Assembly: GCA_963745235.1 (NCBI GenBank)
Contig: CAVUXE010000048.1
Coordinates: forward strand, 46,908 to 110,907
Direction of reading: 5' to 3'
Length of the DNA: 64,000 bases
Origin: an uncultured Spirochaetota bacterium
GTDB lineage: Bacteria > Spirochaetota > Spirochaetia > SZUA-6 > Fen-1364
Shown here one piece after another: positions 10,749 to 20,811 of the stretch. The notes beneath the pieces are model-generated. The model saw nothing but the letters and a program-made list of their open reading frames with translations. It was not told the origin of the DNA and did not search any database. A program made the position numbers and the translations under genes. Numbering within the stretch: position 1 is the first letter of the stretch; each line of letters opens with the position of its first letter.

Positions 10749-11570
10749 ATGGCACGGACAGTGTATGACAAGCTGAGAGCGCTCCAGGACGTCCTCTCCA
10801 AGAAGTTCGACGTGGAGAAGGAGATCCAGGAGATACCCAAGTCCCTCGCGACGAAGACGGAGCTTCTCAACCGCCTGAAGAAGTCCTTCATGGACAAGAG
10901 CGCCACCTACGAGGCCGCGCAGGCGCGCGTGGTGGACCTGGGCCAGAAGCTCACCGAGGCGGAGCAGGGCCGCGAGGGCTTTGAAGGCCAGATGGACGTC
11001 ATCAAGACGCAGCGCGAGTACGAGGCGCTGGACAAGGAGATCAAGGACGCCACGGAAAAGGAGCAGCAGCTGCGCAAAGAGCTGCAGCGCGAGCAGACCT
11101 CCCTGGAGGAGCTCAAGGGCGCCATCGAAAAAGAAGAGATGATGATCCGCAAGCAGGAAGAGGACGTCAAGGAAGAGCAGTCCAAGATCAAGCTGAAGAT
11201 CAAGGAAAAAAACGGAGAGCTGAAGAAGCTGCAGGGGGAGGAGAAGAAGATCACCCCGGGCCTCGATGAGGACATCCTTTTCAAGTTCGAGAGGATCATC
11301 AAGAGCAAGTCGGGCCTCGGTATCGTGTCCCTCACCAAGGGCGTCTGCACGGGATGCTACATGATTCTCCCTCCCCAGTTCGTCAACACGGTCAGGCTCG
11401 GAGAGCGCGTGGAGTTCTGCCCGTACTGCAGCCGCATCCTCTTCTACCAGGAGGACGAGGAGGGGGAGAGCCTCGAATCCGCCGTCGTCGACGAGGAGGT
11501 CGAGGACGAGGAGGAGGAAGAGGAGGAGCAGGAGGAAGAGGCGCCGGAAGAAGAGGAAGAGGAGATATAA
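10749..11570 (+). CDS. Coiled-coil C4-type zinc-ribbon protein with poly-Glu tail
   Basis: Long coiled coil, CTGC...CPYCSRIL; typical rpoD-downstream gene. Confidence 0.9.
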   Translation: MARTVYDKLRALQDVLSKKFDVEKEIQEIPKSLATKTELLNRLKKSFMDKSATYEAAQARVVDLGQKLTEAEQGREGFEGQMDVIKTQREYEALDKEIKDATEKEQQLRKELQREQTSLEELKGAIEKEEMMIRKQEEDVKEEQSKIKLKIKEKNGELKKLQGEEKKITPGLDEDILFKFERIIKSKSGLGIVSLTKGVCTGCYMILPPQFVNTVRLGERVEFCPYCSRILFYQEDEEGESLESAVVDEEVEDEEEEEEEQEEEAPEEEEEEI

Positions 11571-11572
11571 GG

Positions 11573-11623
11573 CGATCGGCGCTCCCGTTGATTCGCTGCG
11601 CGAATCAACTGCCGCGCCGATCG
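11573..11623. repeat. Nested inverted repeat (hairpin) between the Zn-ribbon gene and rnpB
   Basis: CGATCGGCGC/GCGCCGATCG outer arms and GTTGATTCGC/GCGAATCAAC inner arms. Confidence 0.55.
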
Positions 11624-11654
11624 GCCTCCCCCACCATCGGCTCTGCCGATGATA

Positions 11655-12071
11655 GGGGAGGGCAGATCAGGTCACCGCTCGAGCAAGTCCAAAGGACTTG
11701 CGAGAGAGGAAAGTCCGGGCTCCAGAGAGCAGAACGCCGGCTAATCCCCGGGTCCTGGAACCGCAAGGCCATCCAGGAACAGAAAGTGCCACAGAGAACA
11801 GACTGCCTGCAGCAAACCCGCAAGGGTTTGCGAAAGGTGAGGGTGAAAAGGCGGGGTAAGAGCCCACCGCCCGTCCGGCAACGGACGGGGCACGGAAAAC
11901 CTCGTTCGGAGCAAAGCCAAGCAGCAGGGGGCTGCTCGTCCAATTGCAGCTCGCGGCCAGGCCGCGCGGCTGCAAGAACCTGCGGGTCGGCTGCACGAGG
12001 GCACGGGAGACCGCGGCCCCAAGAGAGATGGTGACCCTCGACAGAACCCGGCTTATCGATCTGCCCTTTTT
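11655..12071 (+). ncRNA. rnpB: RNase P RNA (type A)
   Basis: GAGGAAAGTCCGGGC (about 11706) and ACAGAACCCGGCTTA (about 12041); P1 helix GAGGGCAGATC/GATCTGCCCTT. Confidence 0.95.
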
Positions 12072-12107
12072 CTGATATTCATTGAGGGTGTCCGGCGTGA
12101 AAGACTC

Positions 12108-13058
12108 ATGATCCTGAACTATGATCACTACCGAACCGGCCAGCGCAAGCACGGCCGCCGGAGAGCCCTCATTACTCTGGGCGCGGCCGCCCTGCTTGTC
12201 CTGGTCGTGCTGGCCCTCGTGCTGAAGCTTCCGTCCCGGCTCTTTGATCCCGGGGTAGCTCGACAGGCACCGGGGAAGCTTCCAGACCTGTGGAAGTCAG
12301 AGAACTATGAAGGGGTCATTGCGGCCGCTGATTCCGTGCTCAGGGGAGATCCCCTGAATGCAACGGCGCTTTCCTATCGCGGGTTCGCCTATTTCTATCG
12401 CGCCGCTGCGGAAAACGCCCTGGAAGAGAAGCTGCCCTACCTCGATGAATCCATCGTTTCACTGAGGCGCGCGCTGCTGGTGGGCACGCCCTTCAACGGG
12501 GAGGCGGACTACGTCCTGGGCAAGGCTTACTTCTACAAAGGGAAGTACTACTACGACGAGTCGATCTCCTTCATGGAAAGCTCCCTGGCAAAGGGGTACG
12601 TCCAGAAGGACTCCAACGAGTACATCGGCCTCGCCTACACCCAGCTCGGTGACTACGAAAAGGGAATGGAGTACTTTCTTACCGCTCTCAAGGATGACTC
12701 CGGCGACCTTCTGCTCTTGACAATCGGGCAAACTTACTACCAGATGAAACGGACCGGAGACGCGATCGACTATCTCCTGCGCACTCTCAACAAGACTGAC
12801 GACAAGGCGATAGAGAAGCGGGCGCGGTTCCTCCTGGGCGAGATTTATCTCGACAGGAACGAGCTTTTCAAGGCTGAGGAGCAGTACACGGAAATCGTGA
12901 AGGTGGATCCCCAGTCAGCGGACGCCCATTTCTTCCTTGGAGAGGTGTACGCGAAGATGAACGACCCCGTAAAGGCCAGGGCGGAATGGCGCAACGCGTT
13001 GATCATAGATCCTTCTCACTATGGAGCGAAGCTCCGCTACTATTCCTCACGGAAGTAG
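12108..13058 (+). CDS. Tetratricopeptide-repeat membrane-anchored protein
   Basis: N-terminal TM helix, several TPR-like helical repeats (AHFFLGEVY...). Confidence 0.85.
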   Translation: MILNYDHYRTGQRKHGRRRALITLGAAALLVLVVLALVLKLPSRLFDPGVARQAPGKLPDLWKSENYEGVIAAADSVLRGDPLNATALSYRGFAYFYRAAAENALEEKLPYLDESIVSLRRALLVGTPFNGEADYVLGKAYFYKGKYYYDESISFMESSLAKGYVQKDSNEYIGLAYTQLGDYEKGMEYFLTALKDDSGDLLLLTIGQTYYQMKRTGDAIDYLLRTLNKTDDKAIEKRARFLLGEIYLDRNELFKAEEQYTEIVKVDPQSADAHFFLGEVYAKMNDPVKARAEWRNALIIDPSHYGAKLRYYSSRK

Positions 13059-13164
13059 TCTCGTGCCCGCCGCGGCCCGCGCCGCTGCAGCATGAATGTC
13101 ACGGCAGCGGCGGCGCGGCAGACCCCGCGGACGCCCACCGTGGCCGCAAAGGGAGGTTTTCCTG

Positions 13165-14202
13165 ATGGCCTGGGACAGGATGTTTGAAGCTTTTTCCACC
13201 GATCTCGGCATAGATCTCGGCACGTGCAGCACGCTTGTTCACGCCCGCGGCAAGGGGATAGTCCTGTGCGAACCGTCAGTGGTTGCCATGGAGCGCGGCA
13301 CCAAGAAGGTGATGGCGGTGGGCACGGAAGCCAAGAAAATGCTCTGGAAAACCCCCGGCGACATCGTCGCCCTGCGGCCAATCCGAGACGGCGTCATTGC
13401 GGACTTCGAGGCGACGGAGAAGATGATCAGGTACTTCATTGAGAAGGTCATCTCCCGCCGATGGTTCGTCAAGCCGCGGATGGTGATCGGGGTTCCCACC
13501 TGCATCACCGAGGTGGAGAAACGCGCGGTTCGCGACTCCGCCGAACAGGCAGGGGCCCGCGAGGTCTACCTCATCCAGGAATCCATGGCGGCCGCCATCG
13601 GCGCCAACATCCCCATCCTGGAGCCCGCCGGACACATGATCTGCGACATCGGGGGCGGCACCACCGAGATCTCCGTCATCTCCCTCGGCGGCATGGTGGT
13701 CACCAACGCCATCCGCGTGGGAGGGGACGAGTTTGATGAGGCAATCATCAAGCACGTGCGGAACGTGCACAACCTCATCGTCGGTGAATCCACGGCAGAG
13801 AACGTGAAGATAACAATCGGGAACGCCTCTCCCGACAAGAAGATCGACAAGATGGAGATCAAGGGCACGGACGCCATTACGGGCCTTCCTCGGAAGCTGG
13901 AGATGGATTCCGTGGAAGTGCGCGAAGCGCTGCAGGAGCCCATCAACACGGTGATTGAAGAGATCAAGAAAACCCTCGGCCAGACGCCCCCCGAGCTGGC
14001 CGCGGATATCGTGGAGCGCGGCATCGTCATGACGGGAGGCGGCTCGCTCCTCAAGGGGTTCCCGAAGCTCATTTCCAAGGAAACGGGGGTCCCGGTGATC
14101 CTCGCCGAGAACCCGCTTTTGTGCGTGGCCCTCGGCGCCGGGAAGTTCCTCGAGAGCCTCGTGCGGGAGAAGAACTCCAAGTACTTCAACGTGAAGACCT
14201 GA
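13165..14202 (+). CDS. mreB: Rod shape-determining protein MreB
   Basis: [36 protein letters not shown]; GGGAGG RBS before ATG 13165. Confidence 0.96.
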   Translation: MAWDRMFEAFSTDLGIDLGTCSTLVHARGKGIVLCEPSVVAMERGTKKVMAVGTEAKKMLWKTPGDIVALRPIRDGVIADFEATEKMIRYFIEKVISRRWFVKPRMVIGVPTCITEVEKRAVRDSAEQAGAREVYLIQESMAAAIGANIPILEPAGHMICDIGGGTTEISVISLGGMVVTNAIRVGGDEFDEAIIKHVRNVHNLIVGESTAENVKITIGNASPDKKIDKMEIKGTDAITGLPRKLEMDSVEVREALQEPINTVIEEIKKTLGQTPPELAADIVERGIVMTGGGSLLKGFPKLISKETGVPVILAENPLLCVALGAGKFLESLVREKNSKYFNVKT

Positions 14203-14206
14203 TCCC

Positions 14207-15116
14207 ATGCCCGGTCTGTTCGAAGGCTTCGTAGCGAGGCACAGGAAGGGCGTCACGCTGGCCGTCCTGGTCATCGTGTCCCTGACCTTCCTGCTCGTGT
14301 CCAACCGGTCAATCGTGATCAAGCCCAAAGAGGTCGGGCTGTCCTTTGTCGGGTTCTTTCAGAAGGGGTTCACAGGATTCTTTCGCTGGTTCGGCGACAC
14401 GGCGGGCTCCATCCGGCAGCTCAACGCCGCACGGGACGAGCTCGATGCGGCGCGGGCAAAGCTCCAGGACATGGACAGGGTGACCCGGGAGATCGTGGAG
14501 CTCCGCCGCCAGAATGCCATGCTGAGAGGGCAGCTGGACCTTTCGCAGTCTCTCCCTCCGGACCGCATCGCGGCGGAAGTCATTGCGCGTGACACGGACA
14601 ACCTCTTTTCGACCATCACCATCAACAAGGGCGCGCGGCAGGGAGTTCGCCCCGGGCATGCCGGTGGTGGCGTACCAGGGAGACATGGAGGGGCTGGTCG
14701 GAAAGGTGCTCTCCGCGGGCCCCGGCGCTTCCCAGATCCTCCCCCTGTACGATCCTCAGTGCCTTGTTTCGGCCCGGCTGGACGCCTCGCGTGACGAAGG
14801 GCTTGTGAAAGGGGAGGGCAAGGACCACGGGACTCTCCTCCTCCAGTACGTGAAGAAGACCGCCAAGGACGCCATCCAGTACGGAGACCTCGTGGTCACC
14901 TCCGGGCTCGGCGGGCTCTATCCGAAGGGGATCAACCTGGGCCGGGTCCGCGACATCCGCGCCCTGGCATATGAGACGTCGCTGGAGATCGAGGTGGAGC
15001 CCATCATCAATTTCGACAGGCTCGAATACGTATTCCTCATCGATGCGGAAAGCAGCGGCGGGCCGCCCGGAGCACAGGCAGGGCCTTCCGGATCCACGGG
15101 GGCGCCGGGGCAATGA
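14207..15116 (+). CDS. mreC: Rod shape-determining protein MreC, frameshifted near 14653
   Basis: TM plus coiled coil, TINKG..GVRP|GMPVV, GDLVVTSGLGGLYPKGI split across two frames at CCCCGGG. Confidence 0.9.
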
Positions 15117-15628
15117 ACAGGGACGGACGAATCACACTCTTCACCATCTTCGCCCTTGCCCTGTGCGTACTCCTGCAGTCGACGCTCCTCAACCGGATAG
15201 CGATCAAGGGAGTCCGCCCTGACCTTGCCCTCATTGTGCTGATCTTCGTCTCCATGCGCAGGGGCTCCATGGTCGGACAGGTCTCGGGATTCGCCGCCGG
15301 GATCTTCGAGGACCTCATGAACGTCTCACCGCTCGGCTTCCACTCCCTCATGCGGACGCTCATCGGCTACCTCTATGGCATTTTCGCCGGCAACGTGTTC
15401 ATTGATCCGTTTCTCATGCCCATGGTTCTCACGGTAATCGCCACTATCCTGAAAGGCCTGCTTGCGGGGATCATTTCGGCGATTTTCGGAATTGCGTCGT
15501 CGGGTTTCATCACATTCACCGGAAGGCTCTGGATCGAGGTCGCCTACAACGGTGTGCTTGCGCCGTTCCTTTTCGCGCTCCTGGGACTCTTTCGGATCTT
15601 CAAGCAGGCGGACAAGGAAGGGGCCTGA
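15113..15628 (+). CDS. mreD: Rod shape-determining protein MreD
   Basis: Hydrophobic, IKGVRPDLALIV; position after mreC. Confidence 0.9.
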   Translation: MNRDGRITLFTIFALALCVLLQSTLLNRIAIKGVRPDLALIVLIFVSMRRGSMVGQVSGFAAGIFEDLMNVSPLGFHSLMRTLIGYLYGIFAGNVFIDPFLMPMVLTVIATILKGLLAGIISAIFGIASSGFITFTGRLWIEVAYNGVLAPFLFALLGLFRIFKQADKEGA

Positions 15629-17478
15629 TGGAGCACGGAGAGCGGCAGCAGCGGCGGCGTTTCGTCTTTCTCACCGCCCTCTTTGCCGGCTGCATCGGTT
15701 TCCTCGTCCTGTACCTGTTCTGGCTCCAGATCGTCAAGGGCTTCGAGTTCAAGCAGCGGGCCAAGGACGTGTCCCAGCGGGAGGTCCCCATCCCGGCGCA
15801 GCGTGGGGAGATCTTCGACCGCAATGTCGACGACCCCCTCGTCTTCAACGTGGACTCATTCGCCGTGGATGTGACTCCGGGCGAGGTCGCGTCAGCGGAC
15901 CTGCCCACACTTTTCCAGAGCCTGTCGAAGGTCCTCGCAATCCCCGTGGCTGACATCCAGAAAAAGATCCCGCAGAAGAATTACCGCACCTACCAGCCCG
16001 TGGAGATTTCCGGCGGGGTCCCTTTGCAGACGATCTCCTACATCGCGGAGCACCTCTCGGACTTCAGCGGCGTGAGCTGGCACAACAAGCCCATCCGAAA
16101 CTACGTGGAATCCAGCTCGCTTGCGCACGTGATCGGCTTCGTCGGAGACATCACTCACGAAGAGCTGCAGGTCCTGTACAACCAGGGCTACGAGTCGGGG
16201 GACGTCCTGGGCAAGACTGGAATCGAGAAGGAGTATGACGACATCCTGCGGGGAAAGGACGGCACCCGTTTTCGCGTGGTGGACGTGAAGGAGCGGCGGC
16301 TCACCGGAGAGGAGCAGGAGGTGGTCCCGCCCGTGCCGGGCAAGAACGTCGTTCTCACGATCGACAAGCGCATCCAGAAGCTTGCGGAGCAGGCCCTCGG
16401 GCCCCGGAAAGGCTCTGTTGTGGTTCTCAAGCCGGCCACGGGGGAAATCCTTGCCATGGTGAGCTACCCGTCCTTCGATCCGAACAAGCTTTTTGCGCCG
16501 GATGCGGGAGACTACTTCGGCAAGCTCTCCCTGGATCCCACGTTCCCCTTCATCAACAGGAGCATCCAGTCCGTGTATCCCCCGGCATCGACGTTCAAGA
16601 TCATCATGACAACGGCAATCGTGGACGACGGCACCATCCCCATCAACCGGATGGTGCGATGCACGGGGAAGCTGGTGTTCGGGGACCGCGTGTTCAACTG
16701 CTGGGTGAAGACGGGCCACGGGTACGAGGACCTCTTTGGCGGTCTTGCCGACTCCTGCGACGTGTATTTCTGGACGATGGGCAACGAGCTGGGCGTGGAC
16801 AAGATCGACAACTACGCGCGTGACTTCGGCGTGGGCTCCCTGACCGGGATCGATCTTCCCGAGGAAAGAACCGGTCTTCTTCCCACCCCCGAATGGAAGG
16901 ACAAGATCAAGCACCAGAAGTGGCTGGGCGGAGACACGTTGAACCTCGCCATCGGCCAGGGGTTCGTCACGATGTCTCCCTTGCAGATGGCGGACATGGT
17001 GGCAATGGTCGCCAACAGCGGCGTCGTCTACCGGCCACACCTGTTGAAAGAGACACGGGACCCGTTCACCGGCCAGGTCCTCTCAACCATCGCGCCGGAG
17101 GTGCTGCACGAATCCCCTGTGAGCAAGGAGTCCTGGCACACGGTTCAGCAGGCCCTGCGGGGGGTCATTACCCGGGGCACGGCAGCTCCGGTGATAACGA
17201 CGAAAGCGGTGCAGATCGCCGGAAAGACGGGGACGTCGGAAGTGGGGATCGAGGGCCAGTGGCACTCGTGGTTCGCGGCCTACGCGCCGTTCGAGACCGA
17301 CAAGCCTGAGGACAGGGTCGTCGTGGTGGTGATGGCGGAAGCCTCGCCCAACTGGGAGTGGTGGGCGCCCAAAGCCGCGAACCTGATCTTCCAGGGAATC
17401 TTTGCCAACCAGACCTATGACGAGGTGCTCAGCACGTTGAAGCCTTGGTACGCGCCGGTGGCAGGAAGAGTGGAATGA
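15628..17478 (+). CDS. mrdA: Penicillin-binding protein 2
   Basis: RGEIFDRN, SxxK (STFK), SCD, KTGT motifs. Confidence 0.95.
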   Translation: MEHGERQQRRRFVFLTALFAGCIGFLVLYLFWLQIVKGFEFKQRAKDVSQREVPIPAQRGEIFDRNVDDPLVFNVDSFAVDVTPGEVASADLPTLFQSLSKVLAIPVADIQKKIPQKNYRTYQPVEISGGVPLQTISYIAEHLSDFSGVSWHNKPIRNYVESSSLAHVIGFVGDITHEELQVLYNQGYESGDVLGKTGIEKEYDDILRGKDGTRFRVVDVKERRLTGEEQEVVPPVPGKNVVLTIDKRIQKLAEQALGPRKGSVVVLKPATGEILAMVSYPSFDPNKLFAPDAGDYFGKLSLDPTFPFINRSIQSVYPPASTFKIIMTTAIVDDGTIPINRMVRCTGKLVFGDRVFNCWVKTGHGYEDLFGGLADSCDVYFWTMGNELGVDKIDNYARDFGVGSLTGIDLPEERTGLLPTPEWKDKIKHQKWLGGDTLNLAIGQGFVTMSPLQMADMVAMVANSGVVYRPHLLKETRDPFTGQVLSTIAPEVLHESPVSKESWHTVQQALRGVITRGTAAPVITTKAVQIAGKTGTSEVGIEGQWHSWFAAYAPFETDKPEDRVVVVVMAEASPNWEWWAPKAANLIFQGIFANQTYDEVLSTLKPWYAPVAGRVE

Positions 17479-17527
17479 AGCGTTCGCGAACGCTGCGCCG
17501 CGTTTCGCCCGCCTGGCCTTCCCGAAG

Positions 17528-19408
17528 ATGCGGCTGATCGACCCCGTTCGCGACCTTTCGAGCATACTCCAAAGCGTCGAGAAACCAGCTCGCTACGTCG
17601 GGGGTGAGTACGGCTCCTTGCTCAAGGACAACGCCGCACTCTCGGTGGCCATCTCGTATCCGGACCTGTACGAGATCGGCATGTCCAACAATGCGGTGAG
17701 AATCCTCTACAACATCCTGAACGCCCTGCCGGACGTCCAGTGCGAGCGGGTGTTCGCGCCGGCTCCGGATTTCGAGGCCCGGCTTCGCGCGGCGGGCATT
17801 CCGCTCTTTTCCCTGGAGTCAGGGAGGGCGCTGCGAGACTTCGACCTGATCGGGTTTTCCTTCGGATATGAGCTGACCATTACAAACGCGCTCGCCATCC
17901 TGGAGTGCGGCGGGGTGAGCGTTGAGACCGCGGCGCGGGGCGCCGATGAGCCGATCGTGATCGTCGGGGGGCCGGCGGCAGGCAATCCGGTTCCTTTCGG
18001 CGTCTTCGCGGATTGCGTTTTCATAGGGGAAGCGGAAGGCTGGGCGGAGCGAGCCTTCTCAGACCTGGGACGCATGAAGAAGCAGGGGGCTTCGCGCGCG
18101 GACTTGCTTTCCTGCCTGCGCGCTGATCCGTCCATCTGGTACACAGGACGGACGGAGAAGGTAAGGCGGGCGCTCTGGAGGGGGTTCGCCGCGCAACTGG
18201 CTGACACGTGTTTTCCCGTGCCGAGCATGCGGGTGGTGCAGGATCACGGAACGGTGGAGATCATGCGCGGGTGCCCGAATGCCTGCAAGTTCTGTCATGC
18301 CACGGTGTACTACCGGGCGTGCAGGCGCAAAGCAAGGGACCTCATCCTGCGTGAAGTGGATCACCTGGTGAGAGCCGGGGGATACCGGGAGATCACGCTC
18401 TCCTCCCTGTCGTCCGGGGACTACACGGGAATCCATGACCTGGTGCAGGACCTGAACTCCCGCTATGCGCCGCTCCTCGTGTCCTTCGCACTTCCCTCCC
18501 TCCGGGTGGATTCCCTCGGGCTGCAGCTGCTGGCCGAGATCTCTCATGTTCGAAAGAGCGGGCTCACTTTTGCCGTTGAAACGGCGAGGGATGAATGGCA
18601 GCAGGAGATCCGCAAGAAGGCCGGCCTCGGGAAAGTCGTTGAGATTCTCAGGGAGGCACGCTCGCAGGGATGGCGGGCGGCCAAGTTCTATTTCATGGTC
18701 GGCCTTCCGGCGTCCTTCGAGCAAGACGAGGCTTCAGCCATCGTGGATTTCCTGTCCGAGGTGCAGGCAACCACGGGAATGTCCTTGAACGTGAACGTGG
18801 CGGCATTCATTCCCAAGCCTCACACCCCTTACCAGCGCTCCGCGCAGATCACCGAAGACAAGGCGCTGGAAAGGATCATGGCGGTGAAGGCAGGGCTGCG
18901 AGGGAGCGGATTCAAGATTGGTTACCATGCTCCCTTTCTGTCCGTCCTGGAGGGAATTGTCTCCCGGGGGGACGAAAGGGCCGGGCGGCTCGTCCTTGAC
19001 GCATACCGGCGCGGCGCACGCCTGGACGCCTGGGAGGAGCACATCAGGATCGACATCTGGCGTGAGGCAATTTCGGCCGCTGGCTGGGACGTGATCTCAG
19101 AGACATGCAGGCAACGGGCTCAGGACGAAAAGCTCCCGTGGGATCTTGTTGCCCTGGGCCTTTCCGCAAGCGAGATATCTGACGTCCAGCCCTTGGTGTC
19201 ACAGCGGCAGCCCGCGACGTCGTCACCTGCCGCATGCTCCGCCACGTCGTCACCTGCCGCATCGCCACCGCCATCTCACCCGTGGCGCCTTTGGGCATCG
19301 CGGATGCCGCCGGCATTGCAGGCACCGCGGACGCCGCATGGATGCGCCTTCTTTTCACTTTCTCAAAGACAGGCCGCTCGGTTTTCATTTCCCACCTCGA
19401 CCTCATGA
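17528..19408 (+). CDS. TIGR03960-type radical SAM protein, probably fused in vivo to the downstream DUF2344 part
   Basis: VEKPARYVGGE, YPDLYEIGMSN, CPNACKFC, PKPHTPYQ; C-terminal residues after about 19270 look out of frame. Confidence 0.88.
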   Translation: MRLIDPVRDLSSILQSVEKPARYVGGEYGSLLKDNAALSVAISYPDLYEIGMSNNAVRILYNILNALPDVQCERVFAPAPDFEARLRAAGIPLFSLESGRALRDFDLIGFSFGYELTITNALAILECGGVSVETAARGADEPIVIVGGPAAGNPVPFGVFADCVFIGEAEGWAERAFSDLGRMKKQGASRADLLSCLRADPSIWYTGRTEKVRRALWRGFAAQLADTCFPVPSMRVVQDHGTVEIMRGCPNACKFCHATVYYRACRRKARDLILREVDHLVRAGGYREITLSSLSSGDYTGIHDLVQDLNSRYAPLLVSFALPSLRVDSLGLQLLAEISHVRKSGLTFAVETARDEWQQEIRKKAGLGKVVEILREARSQGWRAAKFYFMVGLPASFEQDEASAIVDFLSEVQATTGMSLNVNVAAFIPKPHTPYQRSAQITEDKALERIMAVKAGLRGSGFKIGYHAPFLSVLEGIVSRGDERAGRLVLDAYRRGARLDAWEEHIRIDIWREAISAAGWDVISETCRQRAQDEKLPWDLVALGLSASEISDVQPLVSQRQPATSSPAACSATSSPAASPPPSHPWRLWASRMPPALQAPRTPHGCAFFSLSQRQAARFSFPTSTS

Positions 19409-19953
19409 CCGTCATGGAGAGAGCGCTTGCCCGGGCGGGCTACCGAGCCCGATTCACAGAAGGATTCAACCCGAAGCCGCGCCTGGAGTTTGCAAGCCCC
19501 CTTGGGCTTGGAATTGCCTCGATGGAAGAAGTGGCCTGCATAGACCTGCGCGGCCTGGATTCCACCTCTTCTTTTCTCTCGCGAATGAACTCCGCGCTTC
19601 CTCCGGGAATCGCCATCCGAAGGGCGGCTGCCGTGCTGCCTCCCGTGCCCCTGGCTCCCCGGCGCTCCCTGATGTCGGCATGCTGGGGCGCTGAGTACGA
19701 AGTAGTCGGGCAGGGAGATGCGCGTATTCTTCGACTGAGGGCCACCGAGCCGTCAATCCGTAAGACCCTCGAAGCGCAGGGTGTTTGGGGGGCAACGCGG
19801 GCGGTCCGCACGCGCACGTTCGCGCGGGGGAGGACGGACGAGCCTGTTTCCTATTTCGAGGCGTTCTGCGGCTTGTCCGACTCTGCCGCTTCCAATGACG
19901 CTGCCGCGGGCGTTTCCGCCGAGGCCGCGGAGACTTCCTCGGACTTGACCTGA
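19234..19953 (+). CDS. TIGR03936/DUF2344 radical SAM-associated domain
   Basis: FSKTG..FISHLDLM...RALARAG...FTEGFNPKPRLEFASPLGLG. Confidence 0.85.
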   Translation: MLRHVVTCRIATAISPVAPLGIADAAGIAGTADAAWMRLLFTFSKTGRSVFISHLDLMTVMERALARAGYRARFTEGFNPKPRLEFASPLGLGIASMEEVACIDLRGLDSTSSFLSRMNSALPPGIAIRRAAAVLPPVPLAPRRSLMSACWGAEYEVVGQGDARILRLRATEPSIRKTLEAQGVWGATRAVRTRTFARGRTDEPVSYFEAFCGLSDSAASNDAAAGVSAEAAETSSDLT

Positions 19954-20750
19954 TTCCACAGGGAGTCCATTCGCGCAAGACCGGCGTCAGAAGGCGTGAC
20001 CCCTTGGGCGGCGAGGCGTTTCTCGATCTCCCGGAACCTGCGCTCGAACTTCACGTTCGTCGCGTGAAGCGCGACGGAAGGGTCCACCTTCAGGAAGCGG
20101 GAAAGGTTGATCACCGAGAAAAGAAGATCTCCTACCTCCGCCTCTATCTCTCCCGGGACACCTTCCTTTGCGGCTGCCGCCAGCTCTTGCATCTCTTCGG
20201 CGATCTTGTCCCACACGGGGCCCGCGGAAGGCCAGTCGAAACCGACCTTCGCCGCTTTTTTCTGAAGCTTGAGGGATTTCTCCAGGGGCTGGAGCGCTGC
20301 CGGCAGATGGTCCAGGACGGAGTCCGCGGCGGGCTCTGTCCCTTTCTCTGCCGCCTTGATCTCGTCCCACCGAACGAGGATTTCCTTCACCGACCCCGCG
20401 CTCGCGTTTGCGAACACGTGCGGATGACGTCGCACCAGCTTCTCGTGGATCCGGTGCAGCACCGATGACACGGTGAATGTACCCTCCTGCTCCTTCATCC
20501 AGGCGACCATCGTCACGAGCAGGTACAGGTCTCCAAGCTCTTCCTCGAGGTTTTTCTCGTCCCGTGCATCGATGGCGCTGACCGTCTCCCACACCTCCTC
20601 CACAAGGCTGGGGCGAAGGGTGGTGGGAGTCTGGGCGCGGTCCCACGCGCACCCGTCAGGTGCTCGCAGGCGTTGGATGGTTTGCAGAAGCTTTGCAAAC
20701 GATGCCGCGGGATCGTCGCTGTTCGATTCTCTGCCTGTTTCACCGTTCAT
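19851..20750 (-). CDS. mazG: Nucleoside triphosphate pyrophosphohydrolase MazG
   Basis: LRAPDGCAWDRAQT, EELGDL, KLVRRHPHVF, AAKVGFDW, KFERRF. Confidence 0.95.
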   Translation of the reverse strand: MNGETGRESNSDDPAASFAKLLQTIQRLRAPDGCAWDRAQTPTTLRPSLVEEVWETVSAIDARDEKNLEEELGDLYLLVTMVAWMKEQEGTFTVSSVLHRIHEKLVRRHPHVFANASAGSVKEILVRWDEIKAAEKGTEPAADSVLDHLPAALQPLEKSLKLQKKAAKVGFDWPSAGPVWDKIAEEMQELAAAAKEGVPGEIEAEVGDLLFSVINLSRFLKVDPSVALHATNVKFERRFREIEKRLAAQGVTPSDAGLARMDSLWNQVKSEEVSAASAETPAAASLEAAESDKPQNASK

Positions 20751-20811
20751 GGCGGCAGTTAACAGGCGTGTTGAAAGGGTGTCAATACCAGGCGCGCGCG
20801 GCGGCGTGCCG

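Noticed and set aside
6788-10755. Long minus-strand ORFs (712 aa and 442 aa) opposite dnaG and rpoD
   Set aside because: Antisense shadows typical of high-GC codon usage, with no motifs; the same applies to those opposite mreB, mrdA and SpoIIE
11354-12152. ORFs overlapping rnpB, and similar ORFs over the tRNA genes
   Set aside because: Explained by the structured RNA genes; no protein motifs
14640-14660. Programmed frameshifting in mreC and other split genes
   Set aside because: No slippery heptamer or stimulatory structure; the pattern fits sequencing indels
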